Source: Candidatus Poribacteria bacterium (GTDB lineage: Bacteria > Poribacteria > WGA-4E > PCPOR2b). From it: a DNA stretch of 64,000 nucleotides. Position 1 is the stretch's first letter, and every line of letters begins with the position of its first letter. The position numbers and the translations under genes were made by a program. This document shows positions 1 through 10,414 of the stretch, one piece after another. The DNA is taken from positions 704,001 to 768,000 of the forward strand of contig OZ244042.1 in assembly GCA_965215015.1 (NCBI GenBank), read 5' to 3'. The notes beneath the pieces are model-generated. The model was not told the DNA's origin. It did no database searches and worked only from the letters and a program-made list of their open reading frames with translations.

Positions 1-1
1 C

Positions 2-556
2 ACCTTTGGCGAGGAGGTGTTCAATTTTATAGCGGCTGACTTCAAAAACAGCTCTGTTCAGATCCTGATAGGCAAGCACACGTACGGAATGTGCCTTCAC
101 GTGATTGCGCTTAGGTTCAGCAAAATCAGCAACATACAGGATTTTATCAGTAAGTGTCATCTTGCCGGAGCCGGTTGTGTGGATTCGGATGGCGTTGAGG
201 ATCTCAGCGTTGTCAACATCAAAGCGTGAAACAGCGAACTCCACCCCAATGAGCGCGTGCAAAAGCGACGGGTTGTGGCGTTCGACTTCATCAAGTTGAA
301 TCTCGTGGCTTGCCGCCGCTTTATACTGCTCTGAAGTCTTCATCCACTTGACACAATCGTGTAGAAGGGCAGCAAGGTTCACTTTTCGCAAATCCGCTCC
401 ATATTTCTTTGCCAAGTCGAGTGCCAACTCTCGAACAGATAGGACGTGAGTATACCGCTTCGGCGTTAATTTGGCTTTGAGATATGTCTCAATCTCAATA
501 GCTTTTGGTTCTGCAAATAGGGCTGCTTTTTCGATGTCGTCGTTATTCTTCTTCAT
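2..556 (-). CDS. yqeK: HD-domain Ap4A hydrolase (YqeK family); 3' end lies outside the window
   Basis: Not in the ORF track. Manual translation from ATG at 556 gives MKKNNDDIEKAALFAEPKAIEIETYLKAKLTPKRYTHVLSVRELALDLAKKYGADLRKVNLAALLHDCVK, with the YqeK R-x-x-H and LLHD motifs. It lies downstream of nadD, its usual neighbour. Confidence 0.85.
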   Translation of the reverse strand, partial: MKKNNDDIEKAALFAEPKAIEIETYLKAKLTPKRYTHVLSVRELALDLAKKYGADLRKVNLAALLHDCVKWMKTSEQYKAAASHEIQLDEVERHNPSLLHALIGVEFAVSRFDVDNAEILNAIRIHTTGSGKMTLTDKILYVADFAEPKRNHVKAHSVRVLAYQDLNRAVFEVSRYKIEHLLAKG

Positions 557-869
557 TTGTAATTTCGTCCACTTCTCCCGCATTAAGTAGAAACCGTGCA
601 AGTGCTTCTTTTTCTTTATCCGCCATCAGATCGGCATTCGGCAGCGGCGCACTGATCCGATAATCCTCGCTGAACCATTTACCGAGATCTACTGCCTTAC
701 AGCGCGCACTACAGAAGGGAAAGTTTGGCGGTAGCTTCCCACCGGGTTTGTAATCAAATTCGCAAACTGTTCCGCAGATACTACATTTGTGTTTCACCCT
801 GAAATCACCTACCTTGTGCGTGAATGAGCGACTCATTCGTTCGCCCCTCGGAAAACCCGATTTTTTCAC
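543..869 (-). CDS. yacG: DNA gyrase inhibitor YacG-like zinc-finger protein
   Basis: CxxC...PFCSxRCKxxDLGKW...YRI signature. The true start is probably downstream of 869. Confidence 0.8.
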   Translation of the reverse strand: MKKSGFPRGERMSRSFTHKVGDFRVKHKCSICGTVCEFDYKPGGKLPPNFPFCSARCKAVDLGKWFSEDYRISAPLPNADLMADKEKEALARFLLNAGEVDEITNEEE

Positions 870-1165
870 GATAGTTTTTATTATGGGATTTACGCGGTTG
901 AACGCTCAAATCAGCAGGAACACGTGAGATTTACTCTCTTGAGCTAAGGATGAAATATAGATTTCAGACTGTCATACGCGGCGTTCAATGCGCTCAATGT
1001 CTTAGATACTAGTTGTCAGCGATGTCTCTCCAGTTCCCGGAAGTAATTCGCTTAGATTAGCCGAGAATTGCTTATCCCACTTTGGCATGTTGCAACGGTT
1101 GTCGTTAGGGGGGGCCGGTAGAGATTGCCTGTTTTACCCATTGATGGTCGGTTGTAGTATGTGGA

Positions 1166-1264
1166 AGCCGCAATTAGAAAGTTGATAGAGTCATATTCAG
1201 TGCATTTGGGTGGATTCATAGCCGGTATTATAACCTATTTTCTAACCAAGTGCGTAACTCGTAT
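1166..1264 (-). mobile_element. Remnant of an IS701-family element (end plus first codons of the transposase)
   Basis: ATG at 1219 reads MNPPKCTEYDSINFLIAA, recalled as the N-terminus of IS701-family transposases. An end-like motif gtgcgtaactc lies at ~1250. Confidence 0.55.
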
Positions 1265-1291
1265 ATTGGAACAAAGATTTAGCTCTTCGGT

Positions 1292-1873
1292 TTACCTATA
1301 TAGCTGATGACGTTCAATATACTTCCAGACAGGTTCCGGGACAAGGTATCTAATGGAACAGCCAGATCGGATACGTTCACGAATCTGAGTCGCGGAGATG
1401 TCAACTCCTGTAATAGAAAAATATTGGACACGGTCCCGAAGGTCCAGAGGAACTTTGTCCAAGCAATAGTTGGGACGAGTAGTTGCGATAAAGCGACAAA
1501 TGTTGAGAATTTCATCATAATCTTTCCAGATTTTGAAGTCAATCAGTGAATCAGCACCGATAATAAATGCGAGATCACATTCCTTGCCGTAGAAAGCTTG
1601 TAACTCTTTGATAGTCTGAATAGCAAAGGAAGGCCCGATGCGATCTAACTCGATTCGCGATACCTCGAAATCAGAGTTATTCGATGTTGCGCGGAGGGTC
1701 ATCTGATAACGGTGTTCCGGATCAATGATGTCCCGTGAATCTTTATGGGGTGGACGGGCGGACGGGATAAAAAGAATCTTATCATAGCCCAAGCCATCAC
1801 GCACTTCCTCCGCACTCAGCAGATGGGCATAGTGGATGGGATTGAAGGTGCCGCCCATAATGGCAATTTTCAT
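1292..1873 (-). CDS. nadD: Nicotinate-nucleotide adenylyltransferase
   Basis: GGTFNPIHYAH, PPHK, IIGADS and ISATQIR motifs. Confidence 0.95.
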   Translation of the reverse strand: MKIAIMGGTFNPIHYAHLLSAEEVRDGLGYDKILFIPSARPPHKDSRDIIDPEHRYQMTLRATSNNSDFEVSRIELDRIGPSFAIQTIKELQAFYGKECDLAFIIGADSLIDFKIWKDYDEILNICRFIATTRPNYCLDKVPLDLRDRVQYFSITGVDISATQIRERIRSGCSIRYLVPEPVWKYIERHQLYR

Positions 1874-1959
1874 TTTTGTCCTCCACCTTTATCAACACCG
1901 GTGATTCAGATATAGTTCCCTGTCACGTTCTAATGTGCCTTTGAAAATAAAATACATTA

Positions 1960-3465
1960 TCAATAGGCTTTTTTGAATCCGTTTATTGGCTTTAGTAGAT
2001 ATGCCTTTTCGCTTTGTAAAAAAAAGCCTGTACTCCAGAGAATTAGAGGATACCCTAAAAAGAACAAGAGCTTCAGAATCACATTAATTTTTGCAGCCAT
2101 GTTACTAGCAACCAATAAAGATAGCCCGTAGAGTCCGAATCCGATTCCTGTAATATGTAAGAGTCTCCTAACTTCAAAATGGAGATTGTAGAATTTTGCC
2201 GAATAGTATGCTTTCAGGAAATTCCACACAATGTAGGATAGCATAGTGGCAAACGCAGCTCCTAATATACCCCAATAGGGCACAAAGAGAAAGTTCAACC
2301 CAATATTCACTAATGCCGCTATCAAAACGATTCCCGAAACATGGAACGATTTTTTCATCAATCCCATACCCCAACCAATGAAATTACCAATCCCATGCTG
2401 AACGTAGGAGTAGGTGATGATTGGGATGATGACCCAAGCTGCCCAGAACGCTTCCTGCCGCGCAAAAAGCATCAGAATTTCTCGACTGAAAAGCGAAATC
2501 AGTAGGCACGCAGCACATCCTATTAGATAGAAATAGGTAGCACCCAATCTTAGAAAATCCCGTATAGCTTCGGGATTATCTTCCTGCTTGAGAACAATCG
2601 GCTGAAGGGCTTGTTTCAGCGGCGTCACCAGAGCGGTTTGAAGGATTCCAGCAATTTGATATCCAAAAGAGTAGAGCCCCACTATGCTAACGGAGTTGAA
2701 GATTCTTAAAACATACCGATCTCCAGATTGGATGAGCAGATTTGAATATTCCGATAACAACAGCGGATAAGCGTATTTCAGCGGTGGCATAAGCACCGAG
2801 CGAGACAGCCTAAATGTCGATCCCTTGATAAAGACAGGAAGTATCGTGATTACCGTGACTATCAGACCGAACAAGTTTCCAACGATAGGTGCAAGCACCC
2901 CCTTTTTCAAAACAATAAGCAGATACAGTGTCAACCCCGCAGAGAGTAACAGGCTTAATATCGATGTGCAAACGAAGTATTTCGCCTTCTCCAACATGCG
3001 AAGCAAACAGAGAAACAGGGATGAAAACGGTTGTAAAAACAGTATCAACGCATATATCTTGAGGATATGAGCGAGGTTCCTATCTTGTAGAATGATCTCA
3101 GCGAGGTATTCACTGATTTTCCAAAATATAACCGCACAGCAACTAATTATTAGTAATGCCCATAAAAACAGGTTGAACAGCAAGATACCACTTTTCCCCC
3201 CATATTCTGGAGCATAGCAGAACCGAGTAAAGGCACTATTTATAGGCGATGACACAAACCGAGTCAACAAGTTAATGGTAATAGACATCAGCCCAATAAT
3301 ACCAAAATCCTGGGGTGCCAAGAACAAGGTATAGATTGGAAAAAGTAAAACGAATAACGCACCTTGAGATATGCTTCCTAAAAAATAAAGGCTACCGAGG
3401 GAAATTATCTTTTTGAAGCTGTTATTCATAGTTGGGGTTACGCAGTTGGTGTTAAAGTTTGACAC
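1960..3465 (-). CDS. Wzx-like oligosaccharide flippase
   Basis: About 12-14 hydrophobic segments; 'PIYT..LAPQDFG', 'DRY', 'VGLYS' and 'WGILGAAFAT' motifs; last gene of the glycan cluster. Confidence 0.85.
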   Translation of the reverse strand: MSNFNTNCVTPTMNNSFKKIISLGSLYFLGSISQGALFVLLFPIYTLFLAPQDFGIIGLMSITINLLTRFVSSPINSAFTRFCYAPEYGGKSGILLFNLFLWALLIISCCAVIFWKISEYLAEIILQDRNLAHILKIYALILFLQPFSSLFLCLLRMLEKAKYFVCTSILSLLLSAGLTLYLLIVLKKGVLAPIVGNLFGLIVTVITILPVFIKGSTFRLSRSVLMPPLKYAYPLLLSEYSNLLIQSGDRYVLRIFNSVSIVGLYSFGYQIAGILQTALVTPLKQALQPIVLKQEDNPEAIRDFLRLGATYFYLIGCAACLLISLFSREILMLFARQEAFWAAWVIIPIITYSYVQHGIGNFIGWGMGLMKKSFHVSGIVLIAALVNIGLNFLFVPYWGILGAAFATMLSYIVWNFLKAYYSAKFYNLHFEVRRLLHITGIGFGLYGLSLLVASNMAAKINVILKLLFFLGYPLILWSTGFFLQSEKAYLLKPINGFKKAY

Positions 3466-3573
3466 GATTGAGCTAGATCGGCACGAACCGCTTTACCGAT
3501 AATTGAGTTTTTGCCTTCAACCAACTTATATTATACCTTATTTTCGGTCCGCGTGCGTAACTCTTATACACAA

Positions 3574-5133
3574 TCAAGAAATCGTATAAACCACATATTC
3601 ATCATTCTCAAATACCTTGTTTAAGGCTTCAAAGTTGTAGTCAATTCCCTGCCTATGAACAACTATTAAATCTGATTTTTGTACGACTAAGGTATTGATA
3701 GCGTATTTCTGGCTGAAGTAGTTGAAATCAGGGCGGACAAATCGGTAAGCGACCATATCATCTTTCATATATTGGAAACCATCAATATCCTTGGTTACAA
3801 AATTGTAATAGAACAATGTATCGGAATGGTCCAGTGCTGTTGCAATCTTAAAACTTATTTTCGTAGGTATACACAGTACCCTTAGGTCCTCTTGCTGCTG
3901 TAAAAAGTTTATCAACGCCCTAAATGAGAGTTCTACTCCAATCCCTAAGGCCTTCAGCAATTCACTTTTCATAACAAAGAAGTAATTCGCACAAATGATA
4001 CAAAGTTGTATTACTACCAACCAAAAGACAATGTTAGATTCGATTCCTTGTTCCAACAGGAGATAGACAAACAATAGATTAATATAGAATGCACTGTATT
4101 CAAGATACCTTTCAGCTTCTCCCAAGAATAGGAATGGCTTGAGCGACGTAATAGCAAAAACAAGACAACTGGCAGAAGAAAGGGACAACAAATAGAAGAT
4201 TATCTTTTCGTCCGCTAAAGTTATCAACTTCTGCGGCGATTTTGCGAACCAAAATATCAATACAACCAATACAGGCATTGAATACGCCGCGATGATCGGC
4301 GTGATTTTCGTGAAAATCAGGTGTATGAATTTTCTAGGCTCCTTTACCAAATAGACCGGAAGGTATACGATGTCTTTCAGGTTATTCCGATCTTCAATAC
4401 CAACCCTCTCAGTCAGTTGAAAATACCAAAGGTAATGATTGTACTTGTGTCGAAGAATCTGTTTTATTCCTAAACCTGGGGTGATAGCCCCTATGATCAC
4501 AGTCGCTATTGCCAAGATAAACGGAATCGGGTGTAAATAGAAAATTGAGAGAACTATCGATGTAAATAACCAGTTCTGCAGCCCAAACTGAGATGACAAA
4601 ATGATAAGCGATCCCAGAACAAAACAGGGCAGGTAAAATAGCGGTTGACCAAACAGAAAGGCATATCCAAAAAAAACAAAATACAATAGATTTAAGAAAT
4701 TACCAACAACCCTCCCGCCCATCGCTCTTAATCTTGCCGTAACGGGGAAGAGTATAGGTGAAGTTGCCGACAAGAGTGTCGTAGCAACTTCTGGGGAGAT
4801 TGCATCATCAGTCTCAAATTCCCATATTTGCTGAAAGAGGATATATGATAGAAAATAAACTAAAACAAGACTTAAACAATCATAGACAATATTAAGCAGT
4901 TTCCCTGCTAAGATCCAATGCTTTTTAGGGAAACGGCTTATAAGATAATGGGGAAGTGTAGGATAACCTTTTGACCCTTCAATAAGGGTATTATTAACGC
5001 GGTGTGAGCCAAACTTCATTTTCGTGTATCTATTGACGTACCATAGATGCGTATCATCATCAGTGGATTTTGATAATATAAAAAGAAGTCTTAGAAAAAA
5101 GCCGAGTATAATTATTAGTAGGAGATATATCAT
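3574..5133 (-). CDS. Polytopic membrane protein, possible GT-C-fold transferase or glycan polymerase
   Basis: Many TM segments, an acidic DDD loop after TM1, GYPTL and ERY motifs; lies within the glycan cluster. Confidence 0.45.
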   Translation of the reverse strand: MIYLLLIIILGFFLRLLFILSKSTDDDTHLWYVNRYTKMKFGSHRVNNTLIEGSKGYPTLPHYLISRFPKKHWILAGKLLNIVYDCLSLVLVYFLSYILFQQIWEFETDDAISPEVATTLLSATSPILFPVTARLRAMGGRVVGNFLNLLYFVFFGYAFLFGQPLFYLPCFVLGSLIILSSQFGLQNWLFTSIVLSIFYLHPIPFILAIATVIIGAITPGLGIKQILRHKYNHYLWYFQLTERVGIEDRNNLKDIVYLPVYLVKEPRKFIHLIFTKITPIIAAYSMPVLVVLIFWFAKSPQKLITLADEKIIFYLLSLSSASCLVFAITSLKPFLFLGEAERYLEYSAFYINLLFVYLLLEQGIESNIVFWLVVIQLCIICANYFFVMKSELLKALGIGVELSFRALINFLQQQEDLRVLCIPTKISFKIATALDHSDTLFYYNFVTKDIDGFQYMKDDMVAYRFVRPDFNYFSQKYAINTLVVQKSDLIVVHRQGIDYNFEALNKVFENDEYVVYTIS

Positions 5134-5166
5134 TCTTTATTTTTTGCTTGGGTTATTCCACATGAT

Positions 5167-6156
5167 TCAGTCTATATTATTAGCTCCAAAATAGCGTTCA
5201 GCAACCTTGCGAAGCTTCTGAAACTCCTCGTCGCTTATGCGCTTGACATCTGTTGATTCAAATCGCTCTGGAATAAGGTCTGGCTTCCAATCAACTTCAA
5301 CCCCTATTTGTCTTACGGCTTCAACTACCCTGTTTACCTCCACTCTTGGCTGAGAATAAAGGTCATCATATAAGATGTGCAGAAAGCGTTCGGAGGAAAG
5401 AGAGGAGAAACTGGTCTCAATATCTTTCAAAGTATAATATATCTGCCCTGCTATCTGCTCATGCGGCGAGGTAGACAGGAGTTCGGTGTACTCTTTGGGG
5501 CGAAGTGACCACCAATTACCCGCGTCTCCCAATATTTCGCTGCGGGCTAACAATAAGGACTGCATGTTATAGACCGACTGCCGGCGACAGAGCACAAAAA
5601 TAGAATTCTCAAAGTGTTTTGCAAGAAAGGGGATGTGTAGCCCACAGGGTAGGTACTTAAAGCATAGGGGTTTATTATAAACGCTTTCTAAAGCAGCGAG
5701 CTCCTTCCGGAGGGCATCTAAATCTATTTCTTCCAATTCCTTGGCGTCCAGTTGATGCGTTTCTCCAAAGTGGAACCACCGAGACCAAAAGTAACCGTAT
5801 TCGTGAGGTCCTACCCACCCCTCTGTCACTCCGAATCTTGATACAAAAGCCTGATTATACTCCAATTTTCGGATACCAAGAGCATCTTCGATTAGCATCC
5901 CCACATAAGGTGCCCTCCAAAAACGCGCAACAAAATTACTGACGTACGAAAATGCCCCTGTTTGTGCCAAAGCCTGGGAGAGCAATGTTGAACCCGATCT
6001 CGGAGCACCGACAATAAACACAGTGGGCAGTCGGGGTCGATCAAAAACAGATATGAGTTGCCTTTCTAAGGGAGCCAAACGCGCATTCAGGTGCTTCAAT
6101 CGCTCCTCTTGTTCTGGGTCTTTGCGGTATTCTGGAGTTCTTTCAGGTTCATACAT
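5167..6156 (-). CDS. Sulfotransferase (PAPS-dependent)
   Basis: 5'-PSB loop FIVGAPRSGSTLL and a later R-x7-S 3'-PB-like motif. Confidence 0.85.
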   Translation of the reverse strand: MYEPERTPEYRKDPEQEERLKHLNARLAPLERQLISVFDRPRLPTVFIVGAPRSGSTLLSQALAQTGAFSYVSNFVARFWRAPYVGMLIEDALGIRKLEYNQAFVSRFGVTEGWVGPHEYGYFWSRWFHFGETHQLDAKELEEIDLDALRKELAALESVYNKPLCFKYLPCGLHIPFLAKHFENSIFVLCRRQSVYNMQSLLLARSEILGDAGNWWSLRPKEYTELLSTSPHEQIAGQIYYTLKDIETSFSSLSSERFLHILYDDLYSQPRVEVNRVVEAVRQIGVEVDWKPDLIPERFESTDVKRISDEEFQKLRKVAERYFGANNID

Positions 6157-6220
6157 AGTTTACAGCATCCCATACAACGCTCAGTTATAGGAATATAGAT
6201 TGCCTTGATATTGTTCCAAC

Positions 6221-7213
6221 CTATCCGGTCTGATGCCACGCATACGTTTCGCGAAAAATACCAATAGCACCAAAGCTTTCCTTAAACCGAAAGATATTGG
6301 GTCTCCCCTGCATCTGCGCCGATGATGTCCCAAAATCAAACCAGCGAAATCCTTCTTCCTGTGCGCGTTCTAAGGCTTCATATATCAGCAAACTTAGCCC
6401 TTGGGCTTGTTGCTTTTGCGGATCTTGGCAGAGGTAGAAGGAGCTATTGACATTCTGGTTGATGACAAAATATCCTACCCCAGCGATGGGGATTCCATCA
6501 AGAGAGGCTATATCCACATAGACACGTTCAGAATTACGTTCATGAAGCCATCGAAACTCGGCTAAGGTATGGGTCGGGTTGCTGCCGTGTTTCGCAAAAG
6601 TCATCTCTAGGATTTGCCAAAAATCCGTTATCGGTGCCTGCCGGACCACATTTATGCCCATCTTTCTCGCCTTTCGTGCCTTTCGTGCCGTATTGCGTGC
6701 CCGTGATGTCATCTCTTTCGATGTGGGATTGTTCTTATCCAAACACACCACGCTGGAGATATCTCGATTAATACATTGAAATCCCCATTCTAACAGTACG
6801 AATCGAAGTATCTCACTGTAACGCTGGTAACAGACTGAAATCGGTAGGGTCAGAGTGAGTTCACTTATCCCCTGAGATTTGAGGTATTCTAAAATTGCTT
6901 CAACGACCCCATGGCTGTCTTGGTAGTTTTGAGGTTTGCTAAATACAGGGCCTCCGTAGCTACCGCCATAGGGAGATTTTGCAACCCGTCGTCCATCCTC
7001 ATCGAAAATAGCAAGGGGCATTACGGCATGAACTGCCGGTCCCTTGTGGATAATTAGGTGATGCTCATTTTTACAGAATTTCTCACCATGATAAGCCAGA
7101 AAATCAAGGCGATGGAATAAGGTTCCTTCGTTTGAACTGTCAACGAAGTTGTCCCATCTATGGCTTTGACTGGATTGAAATTGCTCAACTGTAAACTTCA
7201 TAGCTCTAACCAC
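6221..7213 (-). CDS. GNAT/FemAB-like acyl- or aminoacyl-transferase
   Basis: GTLFH, PYGGSYGG, FDFG and FKESFGA motifs typical of FemAB-related GNAT proteins. Confidence 0.75.
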   Translation of the reverse strand: MVRAMKFTVEQFQSSQSHRWDNFVDSSNEGTLFHRLDFLAYHGEKFCKNEHHLIIHKGPAVHAVMPLAIFDEDGRRVAKSPYGGSYGGPVFSKPQNYQDSHGVVEAILEYLKSQGISELTLTLPISVCYQRYSEILRFVLLEWGFQCINRDISSVVCLDKNNPTSKEMTSRARNTARKARKARKMGINVVRQAPITDFWQILEMTFAKHGSNPTHTLAEFRWLHERNSERVYVDIASLDGIPIAGVGYFVINQNVNSSFYLCQDPQKQQAQGLSLLIYEALERAQEEGFRWFDFGTSSAQMQGRPNIFRFKESFGAIGIFRETYAWHQTG

Positions 7214-7249
7214 AATCTACCACTGTGTTCAAACGAGGTAAGCATCAGT

Positions 7250-8326
7250 TTATTTGCCAAATCCCATGGCGAGTGGGAGATTGTGCAAAACTTTTTTTTC
7301 TGCCTCAACTGGGTCAAGGCCTTCGAGGCGCGTCCGCGCCATTGCCTCACCAACTTTTAGTCCGGCGGTATGCAAAGCGATAACCGGCTTAGGACCCAGA
7401 TAGTCAGTTGCAACGCTCATGTAACCCGGTGCCGCCGATTGTTGCGGGACACACGGAATGGTGGCACTATCAATTTCTTCTCGATTTATATTTCCAGCGA
7501 TGTGGACAATCGACACATGCGGACTCAACATTAACAGTTCATCAACAGTCATCTGCCCTTTACTACCGATTAAGCAAACTGGGCTGTGATGTTCTACCGA
7601 AACAACGAGATCGGCATCGCGAAGTATAGATTTAGCAGATTCGGTGTCTAGGGAGTCGCCCGCAGACAGGTCAATGTATCCGATATCAGCATCCAACTTA
7701 TCAAATGCCTTGACGCTGTTTTCACCAAAGGCGCCACTCCCGACAACCACAATTTTCGATCTGTAAATTTCAATCTCCAGTTCAAATGCCAGTTTGACTG
7801 CCAAATAGCCAGCGTAGGTGAAAAGGTCCAGCGTTACCTCACGCTCATTTGTACCTAAAACCATAATTCCCTTGCCCCGACATTCTGAGAGATTCAGATC
7901 CGCTTCGCGAAATTCCCACGTCTCCCACATCAGCGGGAGGACAGCGGTTGGTTTTAGGTGGGCAATCATCTTTTTATCGATTGGGCGCACAAATCCAAGA
8001 TTTGTTACAATATCAACTTGTGACAGTATCGCTGGGGTTTTATCAGAGACGACCTCAATTCGATCCTCAACTCCCCACTTTTGTGCCAATGCAAGTGTGA
8101 AATTCCTCACATCAGCTGCTTTACCATGCCTTGAGTCCCGTGTGATTGCAAAAACTTGGTCTGAACCAGCTAACGCTGCAATTAAGGGGGTCACGACATA
8201 GTTGCCACTTGCCGCCTCCGTGAAAATAGTGAGTTCCGATAGGTCTAGATCGTATGTGTCTATTGCGGCACCAATGAGTTTCTCAATGCGTTTGATGTTC
8301 ATTTGATAAAATGTTTCAACCACCAC
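7250..8326 (-). CDS. Conserved hypothetical protein with a Rossmann-like motif
   Basis: Long ORF overlapping its neighbours; contains VVVGSGAFG. No confident family. Confidence 0.5.
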   Translation of the reverse strand: MVVETFYQMNIKRIEKLIGAAIDTYDLDLSELTIFTEAASGNYVVTPLIAALAGSDQVFAITRDSRHGKAADVRNFTLALAQKWGVEDRIEVVSDKTPAILSQVDIVTNLGFVRPIDKKMIAHLKPTAVLPLMWETWEFREADLNLSECRGKGIMVLGTNEREVTLDLFTYAGYLAVKLAFELEIEIYRSKIVVVGSGAFGENSVKAFDKLDADIGYIDLSAGDSLDTESAKSILRDADLVVSVEHHSPVCLIGSKGQMTVDELLMLSPHVSIVHIAGNINREEIDSATIPCVPQQSAAPGYMSVATDYLGPKPVIALHTAGLKVGEAMARTRLEGLDPVEAEKKVLHNLPLAMGFGK

Positions 8327-10411
8327 TCAAAACTCAACAGCGACCAGATTAGGAGTCGCTTGTTCTCTATACCAGCACTGTGAGTTTCAATGACCTGTTG
8401 CACATATTCGGGATTGAGATATTCGTTAATTCGCGCTCTATCTGCCAGTAACAGATCTCGTATATACTTTTTACTGCCACCACGGAACCACGATTCATCG
8501 GGTGCGCTGAAACCCTGTTTCTTGGCTTGCGTAATCGATTGGGGGATAATCCGTCCCATCGTTTTTCGCAGAATGTTTTTGCCGCCATCCGTCCGGTCCC
8601 AATCAATCTGCCCCTTGCGTGAATTATTCCCATCGGACGCTTTCCAGTTGTGCAAATTGGCAATTTTGTAACAGATGGGTGTCTGGCAAGCCAGATCGAC
8701 CAAGTCATTATCTAGGAGCGGCACTCTCGTCTCCAAAGAATGTGCCATCGACATTTTGTCTTCAACCACAAGCAACCCGTGTAGAAAAGTTTTGCATTCA
8801 AAGTAGAGCGAGTGGTTGATCTGCTCCTCTCGGCTATTGCACCGAATTTCTTCCGGATAGACATTCTGGAATGTCATCAAAGTATGATCTTTGAAGGGCA
8901 TAGCACCATCAATATCCATCTTACGCAATTGGTCTTCAACTTCTCGGTTGAAAAGTAAGGGTTTCTCTTCATTAGATACCAATCTCTGCCAATAGCGGTA
9001 ATAATTGTCCGTATAACTCTTGACGCTGTCTCCAATCGCTGTGGCATATCGCCAAGGATAACCCCCAAATAATTCATCGCCTCCTGTTCCAGACATGACC
9101 ACTTTAACAGACTTACTTGCCAACCGGGCCGCGTAGTAGTTCGGATAGCACTGACCAACACGCAAATCTTCCAAGTGCCAGATGATATCTCCTATGATAG
9201 CTTCCATATCGCCAGAATGCAACACGCGCTCGTGATGCGCTGTCCGAAATAGGTTTGCCAGATATTGGGCTAATTTTCGCTCGTCAAAGCTCAGTTCATG
9301 GGCAGCGGCTTCCGAGAGGTCAAAACCTATTGTAAATGTGGAGATTTGTCCGAAAATAGAGCTGGTGATAGCCGTTACGGTTCCTGAGTCCATGCCACCG
9401 CTCAAGTAGCTGCCAACCGGAACATCACTAACACACTGCCGCTTAACCGCCTGTGTCAATAGGTCGTAAAGTTGGTCCTCAAGTTCATTCGCGGGGACAT
9501 TCATCTCCTGCCCGAAGTCAAAGTCCCAGTATTTGGTCCTGGAAATTTTTTCCCCAATCGCAGCATCGGGATTCAAAGCAACATGCGACAAATCGAGTTC
9601 CAAGCAGTGTCCGGGCGGGAGTAACTTAATCCCCGAAAAGAGGGTGCGGTCACTAAAAATGTTTTGGAATGAGAAGTATTCGTTTAACGCTGCGAGATCT
9701 ACGTCCGGCGTTTCGGGTAGGTATTCCAGAATGGATTTAATTTCGGAACCAAACAGAAATGTGCCTTTATCGGTGAGGGTATAGTAAAGTGGCTTGATAC
9801 CGTAGCGATCACGAGCGAGCCAGATTTTTTGATTGCGACAATCATACAGCGCGAGGGCAAACATCCCGTTGAATCGGTGAATACAGCCTGTTCCCCATTC
9901 GCGGTAGGCGTGAATGATAACCTCGGTATCGGAGGCACTAGAAAAGTGGTAACCAAGTCCTTTCAACTCGTGACGTATTTCCCTAAAATTGTAGATTTCC
10001 CCGTTGTAGATGAGCCAGATCCCACGTGATTTATCACACATCGGTTGATGTCCACGTGGGGAAAGATCGATAATCGACAATCTACGGTGTCCAAAAAACA
10101 GATTCCATTTTTCTGAACGCAATCTGTTTTGTCCAGCAGCTGAATCGATTGCAGGCAGCAGCGGGTAAATGTTTTGGAATTGGCTATCTGTAAAATCCTG
10201 AAAATACCCATCCGTGCCGCGCGACTGTCCTGGCTCAATGAGCCCGAACGGTTGGAGGGGGGGGGGATGGTATCTGATGGGTGCCTGTCTGATAGACAAG
10301 ATAACCCGCATCGTCCGGGCCTCTGTGGGCAATGGCATCCACCATCGATTTCAAGCGTCCTACTTGGAGAGGTTCATGATTGAGAGATATTGCTCCGGCT
10401 ATACCGCACAT
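8299..10411 (-). pseudogene. asnB: AsnB-type (WbpS-like) glutamine amidotransferase, frameshifted at a G10 tract (10257-10266)
   Basis: The N-terminus MCGIAG...AHRGPDDAG starts at ATG 10411. The remainder (GHRRLSIID, YNGEIYN, LSGGMDS, SGTGGDELFGGY) is in the 8299..10338 frame. Deleting one G joins the two frames. Confidence 0.85.
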
Positions 10412-10414
10412 AGG

